A stretch of DNA of 64,000 nucleotides from Coriobacteriia bacterium (GCA_018368455.1 JAGZEG010000001.1:199276-263275), one strand, 5' to 3'. Shown: positions 17,500 through 26,971, numbered from the stretch's first letter. Notes: generated by a model not told the origin, from the letters alone. Made by a program: numbers and translations.

Positions 17500-19182
17500 A
17501 TGGAGCAAACCAATCTCACGCGTCGTTCGTTCGTTGCCGGTGTTGCTGGTTCTACTGGTGTTGTGCTTGCCTCTATGGCGGCGCACGATGCTTTGGCGGC
17601 AGGGGCAGCTTCCGATCCCAACGGCCAGGCGCCGACGGGCGAGCTGCCCTGGCTCGGTGCCGAGCCTGAGATCTCCGATGCCGATGTCGAGCAGGAAGTT
17701 AGTGTTGATGTGGTTGTCATCGGATGCGGACTGGCAGGCACGCTTGCTGTGCGTTCGGCCGCAGAAGAGGGCGCGACGGTAGCGGCGTTCGAGAAGGGCG
17801 ATGGCGTTCAGGCTCGAAGCGGCGAGTACGCCATTGTTGGTGGTACCCTCGCCGGGCGATGGGGACGCGAGGAGTTCGACATCGATATGCTCGTCGAGCA
17901 CGAGATGGACGAGTGCTCCTACTTCCCGAAGCGCACGATCTGGCGAAAGTACTTCGAACATGGCGCCGAGGTGTTTGACTGGTATATCGGGGCGAAGGAA
18001 GACATCGTCATCCTCGACACGTCTGACCAAGAGGCACCGGCTGACGCCGAGGCTGTCGTGCGCCCATTCTTTGTGCCAATGATCAACGACTACGATTGGA
18101 CGACCGAGCAGCATCCCTGTTTCCCGAGTTCGCTCATCATTGAGCCGAGCCACGTGCCGGTCATTCAGGCAAACATGAACAAAGCCATCGAGGCAGGTGC
18201 CCAGACGTTCTACGGTCACTTCGTCGAGAAACTTATCATGGAGGACGGCCGCTGCACGGGCTGCTATGCGCGCAATGCCGAGACGGGAAAGTACGTCAAG
18301 GCAACGGCGTCCAAGGGCGTCATTCTGGCTACGGGAGACTACGGCAGCAATCCTGACATCATCCAATACTACTGCCCCGAGGTCATTGCCAATGGCATCA
18401 CGGAACTCTGGATGAACCAGGACGTCGAGGGCAATCCGACGAACACGGGTGACGGCCTAAAGCTCGGTGCGTGGGCAGGTGCGGCAATCCAGCAGCATCA
18501 CGCGCCGATGATCCACCATATGGGCAACACGCCTGACGGTGCTCAGGGCCCGCTTGGCATCGATCCCTACCTGCGCCTCAACAAGGCTGGCCAGCGCTTC
18601 ATGAACGAGGACTGCCCCGGGCAGCAGACTGAGAATCAGATGGAGAATCAGCAGGACCACACTGCCTATATGATCTGGGATGCCAACTGGCAGGAACAAA
18701 TCAAGAGCTTCCCTGCTGCCCACGGCCTGAAGTACGACGCCACGCAGGAGACGATCGATGCGGCCGTCGAGGCGGGCCAGGTTTATAAGGCCGACACACT
18801 TGAGGAGCTGTTTGGCCTTGTTGACATTGATGCCGAAGCGGCGCTCGCTTCGGTTGAGCGCTACAACGAGCTTGCAGCGAAGGGCAAGGACGAAGACTTT
18901 GGCAAGAAGGCGTCACGTCTGTTTGCTCTGGACACGCCGCCCTACTACATTCAGCCGATGGGCCTTTCCCCGATGCTCGTGTGCATAGGCGGCCTGGAGA
19001 GCGACGAGGAGTGCCACGTGTACAGCTCCGATCGTACGGTCATTCCTGGCCTGTATGCGTGCGGTAACATCCAGGGTAACCGCTTTGCCGTGCAATATCC
19101 TATTGGCTTCAAGGGCGTGAGTCACGGTCTCTGCATGTACTACGGGTACGTCGCAGGAAAGAACGCAGTGGCACAGAAGTAG
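17500..19182 (+). CDS. Tat-exported FAD-dependent reductase (flavocytochrome c / fumarate reductase superfamily), no FMN_bind domain
   Basis: MEQTNLTRRSFVAGVAGSTGVVLA (Tat signal). VDVVVIGCGLAGTLAVRSAAEEGA (FAD fold). VIPGLYACGNIQG near the C-terminus. RBS AAAGGGGGA. Many A/T-ending codons compared with neighbouring genes. Confidence 0.85.
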   Translation: MEQTNLTRRSFVAGVAGSTGVVLASMAAHDALAAGAASDPNGQAPTGELPWLGAEPEISDADVEQEVSVDVVVIGCGLAGTLAVRSAAEEGATVAAFEKGDGVQARSGEYAIVGGTLAGRWGREEFDIDMLVEHEMDECSYFPKRTIWRKYFEHGAEVFDWYIGAKEDIVILDTSDQEAPADAEAVVRPFFVPMINDYDWTTEQHPCFPSSLIIEPSHVPVIQANMNKAIEAGAQTFYGHFVEKLIMEDGRCTGCYARNAETGKYVKATASKGVILATGDYGSNPDIIQYYCPEVIANGITELWMNQDVEGNPTNTGDGLKLGAWAGAAIQQHHAPMIHHMGNTPDGAQGPLGIDPYLRLNKAGQRFMNEDCPGQQTENQMENQQDHTAYMIWDANWQEQIKSFPAAHGLKYDATQETIDAAVEAGQVYKADTLEELFGLVDIDAEAALASVERYNELAAKGKDEDFGKKASRLFALDTPPYYIQPMGLSPMLVCIGGLESDEECHVYSSDRTVIPGLYACGNIQGNRFAVQYPIGFKGVSHGLCMYYGYVAGKNAVAQK

Positions 19183-19209
19183 TGTTTGCTAGACATAACG
19201 AGTATGCAC

Positions 19210-19250
19210 GACCCCGGAGGCGTGGGATGCTCCGGGGTCGCGTTTGTCTT
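19210..19250 (+). terminator. Intrinsic terminator of the flavoprotein gene
   Basis: Perfect 10 bp stem GACCCCGGAG (19210-19219) / CTCCGGGGTC (19230-19239), followed by GCGTTTGTCTT. Confidence 0.7.
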
Positions 19251-19282
19251 GAGGGGTCGCTTGGCTTCGCTTCTGCTGGTCA

Positions 19283-19505
19283 GAATATTCGGATGTGCTG
19301 GGTTTTGTATTTTGAGGCTCTGAATTTGGGCGCAGATTGCGGGTCTGCAAGGTTTGCAGAGACCTCTGCGCGGGGCGCTGCTCGGGTGGTGGGGCTTGAC
19401 CTGCGGGAATGGTTTGCTTGCTCTCATTCGAAGCCCGATTCCTTGGCGCAAAGCTAGCATAGCCGTAAAACGCGCCCGATTTTGGGAGGCCGGTTTGCAA
19501 AAGCT
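19283..19505. repeat. Non-coding degenerate repeat modules (right flank of flavoprotein gene)
   Basis: Modules shared with 16846-17155, partly in a different order:
- GTGCTGGGTTT (19295-19305)
- GAATTTGGGCG (19322-19332)
- GATTGCGGGTCTGCAAGGTTTGCA (19335-19358)
- TCTGCGCGG (19365-19373)
- CGCGCCC..GGTTTGCAAA (19471-19501). Confidence 0.45.
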
Positions 19506-19559
19506 TGCAGAGTCGTCAAATCTGGCCGAGGGAAGTAGGCGCGAGCAGGCTTTGCGAAG

Positions 19560-21029
19560 CTATGCGAGATCCCAGAACGCCTCGTAGAGCTCGTTGCCGA
19601 GGAGCCAGCCTTGCTCGGTGGGAGCGAGGCGGCCTTCGGGTGTACGAATTGCAAGGTCGCGTGCTTCGACGTCTGCGAGAGCGGCGTCGAGGGCGGTACC
19701 CATGACGCCGCGGGCGCGTGCGAGTAGATCAGTCCCCACCCCCGCGCTCATGCGCATGCCGAGCATAAGGTCCTCTGCTAGGGCCTCGCGCTTTGAGAGC
19801 GTTTCGACGGCTATGTGGAGCGGGGCGTTCTCGCGCACAGCATCCGTGAGCCTTCTGGCGTTGTCGGTCAAGCGGATGCGGACCCGGGCGATGTGATCCT
19901 CACTCGCAGCTAAAGCGCGCTTGGCAAGGATGACTCCCGGTATAGCGAAGAGCCGGTCGCCCAGATCGCATGGCTTGTCCGAGGCACCGGAACTTGCTCG
20001 GACATCGCGTGCCGCTACTGTCGACTCGGCGTCTCCCCACAGCTCGGGGTCGGCGGCCGCTGGATCCTCGGGGGCGCACAGCAGTGGCAGGGCTTCTGCC
20101 AGCGCGGCGAACTCCTGCGGCGTCAGCATGCTGGCGGCCGATGTTCCCAACCCTAGGTAGCTTCGGCCTGTCCAGTAGGCGATGTTGTGCTGGCAGACAT
20201 GGCCAGGCCGCGCGTAACTTGCGACTTCGTAGCGCGTCAGGCCCGCTCTCGACAGGACGCGTTCGGCCACGAGCATAAGGTCTGCCTCCGCGTCGTCCTC
20301 GGGCCACACCTCCTCCCCTGACTCGCATGCGCGCCACAGCGGAGTGCCCTCCTCGACCATGAGGGGGTAACAGCTCACATGAGAGGCGCCGGCGTCGAGT
20401 ACGCCGTGCAGGGAGGCTTCGAGGCTTTCGGCCGTCTGCAGGGGTGTGGCGCACATGAGATCGCACGAGAGGTCGAGCCCTGCGTCGCGCACGGCAGATG
20501 TCGCCTGCAACGCGCGGGTGCGGTCGTGAACGCGGCCGAGACGCGCGAGTTCGGCGTCATTGAGTGATTGCACGCCGAGGGATATGCGGGTGAGTCCTGA
20601 CTCAGCCAGGGAGCGGACGAGATCAACATCAAGCGACTCGGGGTTTGCCTCGGAGGAGAACTCTCCTAGGGGGCTTCCGGCTTGTCGACAGGCAGCAGAA
20701 GCCTCGCGAACGAGCTCCGCAAGGTCGGCTCCTGCCATAGTGGGTGTCCCTCCCCCCACATAGGCAGTTTTGATGCTTGCGAGAAGCCCACTCTTCCCCG
20801 CCCTGCGAACCAGCGAGCGCAGCGCACCCACATACGCCCCAATGAGCGGATCCTCATGCGGCACAGCTGAAGTGGAAAAGTCGCAATACCGACACCGCGC
20901 GACACAAAAGGGCACGTGCAGGTAGAGGGCTGAAACACCTGTATCACATGTGCTTGCCACCCGGATCGCCCCCGTCGGTCTCTCTTCTCTATCTGCGGCT
21001 CCTCTGCCGCAACCACGGCTGTGGAGCAC
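19560..21029 (-). CDS. hemW: Radical-SAM HemW/HemN-like protein (heme chaperone / coproporphyrinogen oxidase family)
   Basis: LYLHVPFCVARCRYCDFS radical-SAM motif. Position next to lepA is typical. Start uncertain (GTG 21029 or GTG 20960). Carries an insertion relative to typical 380 aa HemW proteins. Confidence 0.85.
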   Translation of the reverse strand: MLHSRGCGRGAADREERPTGAIRVASTCDTGVSALYLHVPFCVARCRYCDFSTSAVPHEDPLIGAYVGALRSLVRRAGKSGLLASIKTAYVGGGTPTMAGADLAELVREASAACRQAGSPLGEFSSEANPESLDVDLVRSLAESGLTRISLGVQSLNDAELARLGRVHDRTRALQATSAVRDAGLDLSCDLMCATPLQTAESLEASLHGVLDAGASHVSCYPLMVEEGTPLWRACESGEEVWPEDDAEADLMLVAERVLSRAGLTRYEVASYARPGHVCQHNIAYWTGRSYLGLGTSAASMLTPQEFAALAEALPLLCAPEDPAAADPELWGDAESTVAARDVRASSGASDKPCDLGDRLFAIPGVILAKRALAASEDHIARVRIRLTDNARRLTDAVRENAPLHIAVETLSKREALAEDLMLGMRMSAGVGTDLLARARGVMGTALDAALADVEARDLAIRTPEGRLAPTEQGWLLGNELYEAFWDLA

Positions 21030-21162
21030 CTGCGCACAAGGGACGGCGCGGCAGGTGGTCCGCCGCGAGTTCCGCAGTGCCCGGCGCTTTATGCCGGGCG
21101 ATACGAGGACTGTCTGAGCGCCGGATTACCTGCCGCGCCATCCCGACCAAGCGGAAACAGCA

Positions 21163-22167
21163 TTACAGCATCCCGTGCGCGCGGCAGGCCGCCTCCATCT
21201 CGTCTATCAGCACCTCGTAGTCGTGCTCGTCACAGCATTCCATGGAGCGGGCGCGCCACGTGCTCGCGGCTGGCAGGCCCTTCACGTACCAGCCGACCAT
21301 TGGGCGCAGCCGAGCCATGTGACTGCCCCGCTCGGCAAAGCGCCGCACGTGCGTGCGCAGGGCGTCGAGGCGCTGGGTTATCGTCGGCTCAGGAGGAAGG
21401 GATCCCGTGCGTAGCAGGGCTTCCGCACGTGCGAAGAACCAAGGGTTACCGTAGCTGCCACGTGCCACAAACACGCCGGAGCACGCCGTCGTCTGGAGCA
21501 GCGCCACAGCGTCGACCGGCTCGAATACGTCGCCCGAGCCGATAACGGGCACGTCGACGCTGCGAGCAACATCGTCGATGACGCGCCAGTCAGCATGTCC
21601 ACGATAGAGCTGTCCGGCGCTGCGCCCGTGCACGGCGACGCCGCAAGCCCCGCTCGCCTCCATGCGTTGGGCGAACTCGGGCGCAAGAACCTCGTCGGAG
21701 CGGATACCGGCGCGGATCTTCACCGTGACGGGCACGCGCCCCGCAACGCCGCGCACCGTGGCCTCAAGGCACGCAGCGGCGACGTCGGGCGTGCCCATGA
21801 GGGCGCAACCCTCGCCTTTCTTGAACACCTTGGGCACGGGACACGCCATGTTGATGTCGACAAGTGCGAGACGATGGCCGAGGCGCTCGCACACCTGTGC
21901 CGCGCCCGCCTCGAACTGCTCGGGCTTGTTGCCAAACAGCTGCACGGCAACCTGGTCCTCGTCGGGCGCGGGCTCCACGAGCTCCCAGGTACGCTCGGAA
22001 TCGAAGGCGAGGCCCGCGACGGAGACCATCTCGGTGTACGCGAGAGGACATCCGTGGTCGCGGGCTATTGAGCGGTACGTCGCGTCCGTCACGCCGGCCA
22101 TGGGCGCAAGCATGAACGGGTGGGCCGCCAGGCGCTCGCGAAGCGCTTTGACCTGGTCGTTCGCCAC
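21163..22167 (-). CDS. dus: tRNA-dihydrouridine synthase
   Basis: FMLAPMAGVTDATYRSIARDHGCPLAYTEMVS and INMACPVPKV motifs. GTG start directly abuts the lepA stop. Confidence 0.9.
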   Translation of the reverse strand: MANDQVKALRERLAAHPFMLAPMAGVTDATYRSIARDHGCPLAYTEMVSVAGLAFDSERTWELVEPAPDEDQVAVQLFGNKPEQFEAGAAQVCERLGHRLALVDINMACPVPKVFKKGEGCALMGTPDVAAACLEATVRGVAGRVPVTVKIRAGIRSDEVLAPEFAQRMEASGACGVAVHGRSAGQLYRGHADWRVIDDVARSVDVPVIGSGDVFEPVDAVALLQTTACSGVFVARGSYGNPWFFARAEALLRTGSLPPEPTITQRLDALRTHVRRFAERGSHMARLRPMVGWYVKGLPAASTWRARSMECCDEHDYEVLIDEMEAACRAHGML

Positions 22168-23976
22168 TTATTCGTCCACCTTGAGGATGGCCATGAACGC
22201 CTCCTGCGGCACATCGACGGCGCCGATGGCCTTCATGCGCTTCTTGCCTTCCTTCTGCTTCTCGAGCAGTTTGCGCTTACGCGAGATGTCGCCGCCGTAG
22301 CACTTGGCCAGCACGTCCTTGCGAACGGCGCGCACGGTCTCGCGTGCAATGACGCGTCCACCGATAGCCGCCTGGATGGCGACCTCGAACTGCTGGCGCG
22401 GGATGATCTCCTTGAGCTTTTCGCACAGCACGCGGCCGCGGGCCTGAGCCTTGTCGCGATGCACGATGAACGACAGGGCGTCCACCTTCTCGCCGGCCAG
22501 CAGGATGTCGAGACGGACGAGCTCGCTTGCCCGGTAGCCGCAGTACTCGTAGTCAAGCGAGGCGTACCCACGCGTGCGGCTCTTGAGCTGGTCGAAGTAG
22601 TCCATGATGAGCTCGGACAGCGGCATCTCCCAGTGCATCTCGACCGTTGTCGGCGAGAGGTACACCATGTTGTTGAACGTGCCGCGGTGGTCGATCGTCA
22701 GGTCCATGACGGCGCCCACGTAGTCCGGTGGTACGAGCACCTTCACGGTGAGATAGGGCTCCTCGATGCGGTCGAGGCCGGAGGGATCGGACATCTCCTG
22801 GGGAGAGTCGACCTCGATCATCTCGTGATTGCGCAGGTAAGCGTGGTACTCGACCGACGGGGCTGTCGCGATGAGGTCAAGGTTGAATTCGCGCTCAAGG
22901 CGCTCCTTGACGACCTCGAGGTGCAGCAGGCCGAGGAAGCCGACACGGAAGCCAAAGCCGAGCGCGACGCTCGTCTCGGGCGTGTAGACGATAGCGGGGT
23001 CGTTGAGCGACAGCTTGTCGAGAGCGTCGCGCAGGTTCTCGAAGTCCTCGGTGTCGATCGGGAAGATGCCCGTGTACACCATCGGCTTGACCTCGCGATA
23101 GCCCGGCAGCGGCTCGGCGGCGGGCTTGCGAGCGTCCGTGACCGTGTCGCCGACGCGCACGAGCAGCGGGTCCTTGAGGCCGGTGATGAGGTAGCCGACC
23201 TCCCCGACGCCCAGATCGGGCAAAGGTGTGTTGGCCGGACGGCGGCAGCCGACCTCCTCGACCTCGAGTTCCAGGCCCGTGCTCATGAGACGCACCTTCT
23301 GGCGCGCGCGGATAGAGCCGTCAACGACGCGGATGAGCGCGACGACGCCGCGGTACGCGTCGAAGTGCGAGTCGAAGATGAGCGCCTTGAGCGGGGCATC
23401 GGGGTCACCAACCGGCTCGGGGATGTCGCGCACGACGGTCTCGAGCAGGTCGTGGATGCCCAGGCCCGTCTTGCCCGAGACAGCGCAGGCGTCGTCGCAC
23501 GGGATGGCGAGGCCTTCCTCGATCTCGGCCTTCGTGCGCTCGACATCTGAGGAAGGCAGGTCGACCTTGTTGATGGCCGGCACGATCTCCAGGCCGGCGT
23601 TCATGGCGAGCAGGGCGTTGGAGACGGTCTGTGCCTCGACGCCCTGTGTGGAGTCCACGACAAGAACGGCGCCCTCGCACGCGGCAAGGGAGCGCGAGAC
23701 CTCGTAGGCAAAGTCGACGTGTCCGGGCGTGTCGATGAGGTTGAACTGGTAGGTCTGGCCGTCGTCTGCCTCGTACATGACGCGAACGGCCTGGCTCTTG
23801 ATCGTGATGCCTCGTTCGCGCTCGATGTCCATGGAGTCGAGCAGCTGGGCCTCCATGTCGCGCTCGGCCACGGTGTGTGTCTGCTCGAGGATGCGATCCG
23901 CGATCGTCGACTTGCCGTGGTCGATGTGGGCGATGATGGAGAAGTTCCTGATGTGTGAAGGCGTGTCTGTAGGCAT
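22168..23976 (-). CDS. lepA: Translation elongation factor 4 (LepA)
   Basis: [28 protein letters not shown]..., DTPGHVDF and NKVD GTPase motifs. ORF-track start trimmed to ATG 23974-23976. Confidence 0.96.
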   Translation of the reverse strand: MPTDTPSHIRNFSIIAHIDHGKSTIADRILEQTHTVAERDMEAQLLDSMDIERERGITIKSQAVRVMYEADDGQTYQFNLIDTPGHVDFAYEVSRSLAACEGAVLVVDSTQGVEAQTVSNALLAMNAGLEIVPAINKVDLPSSDVERTKAEIEEGLAIPCDDACAVSGKTGLGIHDLLETVVRDIPEPVGDPDAPLKALIFDSHFDAYRGVVALIRVVDGSIRARQKVRLMSTGLELEVEEVGCRRPANTPLPDLGVGEVGYLITGLKDPLLVRVGDTVTDARKPAAEPLPGYREVKPMVYTGIFPIDTEDFENLRDALDKLSLNDPAIVYTPETSVALGFGFRVGFLGLLHLEVVKERLEREFNLDLIATAPSVEYHAYLRNHEMIEVDSPQEMSDPSGLDRIEEPYLTVKVLVPPDYVGAVMDLTIDHRGTFNNMVYLSPTTVEMHWEMPLSELIMDYFDQLKSRTRGYASLDYEYCGYRASELVRLDILLAGEKVDALSFIVHRDKAQARGRVLCEKLKEIIPRQQFEVAIQAAIGGRVIARETVRAVRKDVLAKCYGGDISRKRKLLEKQKEGKKRMKAIGAVDVPQEAFMAILKVDE

Positions 23977-23985
23977 AGTGACAAG

Positions 23986-23994
23986 ATGATAGCA
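23986..23994 (-). promoter_or_regulatory. Candidate extended -10 promoter of lepA (TGcTATCAT), near-leaderless
   Basis: Minus strand gtcTGcTATCATcttgtcactATG. The -10 element ends 9 nt before the ATG and no SD is present. Confidence 0.4.
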
Positions 23995-24167
23995 GACGGC
24001 CCGCCGCCGCGCACGGAGCGCGATGGCGGGCCGCAAGAACAACAAGGCGGCACGGGCGGCCGGGCCTTATGGCATCGCGGGCGTGTGGGTGTCCGCCTCC
24101 TTCTGGCCTGTGCGGACCATCTTGTAGGCATAGTGGCCTGCGACCTTCCGACTGCCGGGGCTCATGC

Positions 24168-25109
24168 CTATTGTGGTTGACAGCCGTTCTGGGCCGCGCC
24201 GTCGTTCGTGCCTCGGGAGGCCCGTGCTACCGGGCGCGATGGCTCTCTCAGGCGTTGCCCGAGCCACGATGCGAAGCTTGCCGCGGTGCTGTCGCGAGGC
24301 ACCCCCTCGCGCGTCACGAGATAGAGAGGGACGTCGAGGGAGTCTCGCTCCACGAGCGGGACAACGGCTAGGCCCGGGGTGACGGCAATCATAGGATGGC
24401 CGCGCGGCACGAACGCCACCCCCTCGCCACCCTGCGCCGCCTGAAAGTAGAATCGCATCGGAACGGTGCGAAACGTGGGCGAGAAGCCGTAGGGCACGCA
24501 TCGCTGGCGTATAAGCTCCACCGTGTACTCCCGGTCGGGCGGCGTGAGCAGCGTGACGTTGCGCAGGTCGTCGAACGAGAGCTCGCCGAGGGACGCCAGG
24601 GGACTGTCCCCTGCGAGCACCGCGACGGTCTCGCCGCGCCGCACGAGCTGGCCGTCGAGGCCGGGCATCTGCGGGGGGCCGGGCACGAACGCCACGTCTG
24701 CCTGCCCGTCTGCGACGAGCGACAGGCAGCGCGCCCGCGACCCCTCGACCATCCCGGCGCGCACGTCGGGGCATGCGCGCTCGAAGTCGGAGAAGTCCAC
24801 GTCCGTGAGGCTGTCCGTCGTCGCGGCGAGCGTGACGCTGGCCACGCCTGCCCCCATGCGCCGTATCTGCCCGGGCAGCGCGTCGACCTCGCGCAGGATG
24901 AGCGTTCCCCGGTCGGCGAGCAGCCGGCCCTGCGGCGTGGGGGCCACTCCCCTGCTGCCGCGTTCGAGGAGCCTGCAGCCGAGCTCCTCCTCGAGCTTGC
25001 GCACGGCGCTCGAGATGGTCTGCTCCGTCACGTACAGCGCGCTGGCGGCGGCCGTGACGTTTCCCGTCTCGCACGTCTTGCAAAAGTATCGCAGCTGCCG
25101 CAACTCCAT
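24168..25109 (-). CDS. LysR-family transcriptional regulator
   Basis: MELRQLRYFCKTCETGNVTAAASALYVTEQTISSAVRKLEEELGCRLLERGSRGVAPTPQG is the canonical LysR wHTH. It is the 3' third of the spurious 932 aa track ORF. Transcribed divergently from the flavoprotein gene. Confidence 0.9.
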   Translation of the reverse strand: MELRQLRYFCKTCETGNVTAAASALYVTEQTISSAVRKLEEELGCRLLERGSRGVAPTPQGRLLADRGTLILREVDALPGQIRRMGAGVASVTLAATTDSLTDVDFSDFERACPDVRAGMVEGSRARCLSLVADGQADVAFVPGPPQMPGLDGQLVRRGETVAVLAGDSPLASLGELSFDDLRNVTLLTPPDREYTVELIRQRCVPYGFSPTFRTVPMRFYFQAAQGGEGVAFVPRGHPMIAVTPGLAVVPLVERDSLDVPLYLVTREGVPRDSTAASFASWLGQRLREPSRPVARASRGTNDGAAQNGCQPQ

Positions 25110-25140
25110 GATTCCCCCAGCCATCGGCGCCATGGCACAA

Positions 25141-25161
25141 ATTATAGCTGTCCTCGCCCTA
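25141..25161 (-). promoter_or_regulatory. Candidate lysR promoter -10 (TATAAT) overlapping a T-N11-A type dyad
   Basis: Minus strand TATAAT = 25141-25146, 31 nt upstream of the LysR ATG. Plus strand TAG-N11-CTA at 25145-25161. Confidence 0.35.
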
Positions 25162-25262
25162 GAGACGTTTGTTTCACTTGCGGCCGGGCGCCCTCCAAAA
25201 TCATGTCCGGGGCTCGCCCACATGGGTGTGCCCGCCACTGGCCTTGTATTGAGGAGGATGTC

Positions 25263-26876
25263 ATGGGAATCATCGAAGCGAACGTCACGCGCAGGCAAGC
25301 GGTTGGCGCGGCGGGCGTCGCATGCGCCGCCGCAGTTCTCGGGTCGGGCGTCGCGCACGCCGCCGAGCCGGCCGCCCCCGCCGCCGCCGATGCCGTGGAG
25401 ACCTGCGACGTCGTGGTCGTCGGCCTCGGCGCCTCGGGCATGCTGGCCGCGATCGGCGCCGCCGACGCCGGCGCGAGCGTCATCGCGCTCGACGCGGCAG
25501 CCGGCTTCACGTCCACCACGAACACGAAGACGACGGGCTCCTTCTTCGTCGAGGGATCCGCGCAGCTCGCCGAGCCGTGGCACCTCACGAAGCAGGACGC
25601 CTACGACTACATGATGGAGGGCACGCACTACTCGGAGAATAGCCCGCTCGTCCGCAACATGATTGAGGTGAGCGGTCGCGCCGTCGACCTCATGGAGGAT
25701 GGCGGCGTCGTGTTCACGCACCAGTTCGAGGGCGCCACGGCCGACTCCCCCGTCGCCACGTCCACGGGCTACACGTTCATGACGCAGCCTGACGAGCGCG
25801 CCGCCCAGTTCGAGGCGCTCCTCGCCGCCCACCCGGGCATCACGGCGAAGTGGGGCTGCACGGTGAAGTCCGCCGTCGTCGAGGACGGCCGCGTCTGCGG
25901 CGTCACGTATGTGGACGCGGGCGGCAAGACCGTGCGCGTCGACGCCGGCGCCGTCATCAGCTGCGGCGGCGGCTTCATCGCCAACGACGAGATGAAGCAC
26001 AAGTACTACGGCGGCTCCACGTTCGTGAGCATGGGCTTCCCCACGGTGAACGGTTCGGGCATCCAGATGTGCATGGACGCGGGCGCCCAGATCGGCAAGA
26101 ACTTCACCGTGTCGGTGAACGAGATGGGCGGCTGCAGCTTCAACGCCACGCCCCAGTTCTCCTGGATCCCGGGCACGGGCACGAACCAGGCCATGTACCT
26201 GTTCCTGCTCGGCGGCCTGCTCGTGAACCGCGCCGGCGAGCGCTTCGTGCGCGAGAGCCGCCTCGTCACGAACATGATGTTCACGGGCGAGCCGCTCGTG
26301 CGCGAGGGCGTCTACTACGTCATCATGGACCAGGCCACGATCGACAAGGTCTCGTCCGAGCCCCTGCTGCAGCTGTTCGACGAGGTCGGCGTCAAGGGCC
26401 TGGCGCCCATCCTGACCATGGGCTTCCAGGGCTTCACGTGCGACGCTCTGGCCGACGACCTCGCCACGGCACAGGACGAGGGCTGGGCGTTCAAGGCCGA
26501 TTCCGTCGAGGAGCTCGCCGAGCACTTCGGCCTGACCAACCTGGCGCAGACGGTGGAGAGCTACAACGCCATCCCGGACGAGGGCGACGGCTTCCTGTTC
26601 CTGGAGCCCGAGTACGTGCGCACCGTCGAGGAGGGCCCGTTCTACGCCATCCAGTACAACCCGGGCTCCTGGTGCACCATCGGCGGCATCCGCACGGACG
26701 CCCACTGCCGCGCCCTGAACGCCGAGGGCGAGCCCGTAAGCGGCCTGTACGTGGCCGGCATGGACGCGGACCTCTGGAGCGTGCCGTACTACCAGGCCGG
26801 TACCGCCCAAGGCTTCAGTTATGCCTCGGGTCTGCTGGCAGGCGAGACGGCCGCGGTGGACGTGCTCGGCGCGTAG
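25263..26876 (+). CDS. Tat-exported FAD-dependent reductase (flavocytochrome c / fumarate reductase superfamily)
   Basis: Start ATG 25263 after GAGGAGG. MGIIEANVTRRQAVGAAGVACAAAVLGSGVAHA (Tat signal). CDVVVVGLGASGMLAAIGAADAGA (FAD fold). VSGLYVAGMDAD near the C-terminus. Confidence 0.85.
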   Translation: MGIIEANVTRRQAVGAAGVACAAAVLGSGVAHAAEPAAPAAADAVETCDVVVVGLGASGMLAAIGAADAGASVIALDAAAGFTSTTNTKTTGSFFVEGSAQLAEPWHLTKQDAYDYMMEGTHYSENSPLVRNMIEVSGRAVDLMEDGGVVFTHQFEGATADSPVATSTGYTFMTQPDERAAQFEALLAAHPGITAKWGCTVKSAVVEDGRVCGVTYVDAGGKTVRVDAGAVISCGGGFIANDEMKHKYYGGSTFVSMGFPTVNGSGIQMCMDAGAQIGKNFTVSVNEMGGCSFNATPQFSWIPGTGTNQAMYLFLLGGLLVNRAGERFVRESRLVTNMMFTGEPLVREGVYYVIMDQATIDKVSSEPLLQLFDEVGVKGLAPILTMGFQGFTCDALADDLATAQDEGWAFKADSVEELAEHFGLTNLAQTVESYNAIPDEGDGFLFLEPEYVRTVEEGPFYAIQYNPGSWCTIGGIRTDAHCRALNAEGEPVSGLYVAGMDADLWSVPYYQAGTAQGFSYASGLLAGETAAVDVLGA

Positions 26877-26971
26877 GAAGGGCGTCTCGGGGGTCTCGTC
26901 CCGTGCGCATGAAGAAGGGCCGTCGCTTCCGCCCGTCCTGCACGTGATAATCGCATCTCGTCCCACGCACC

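Noticed and set aside
25110-26966. Upper two thirds of the 932 aa minus-strand ORF 24168..26966.
   Set aside because: Only the last 313 codons (24168-25109) form a LysR regulator with its own ATG and RBS. The remainder is antisense to the flavoprotein gene 25263-26876 and has shadow-frame composition.
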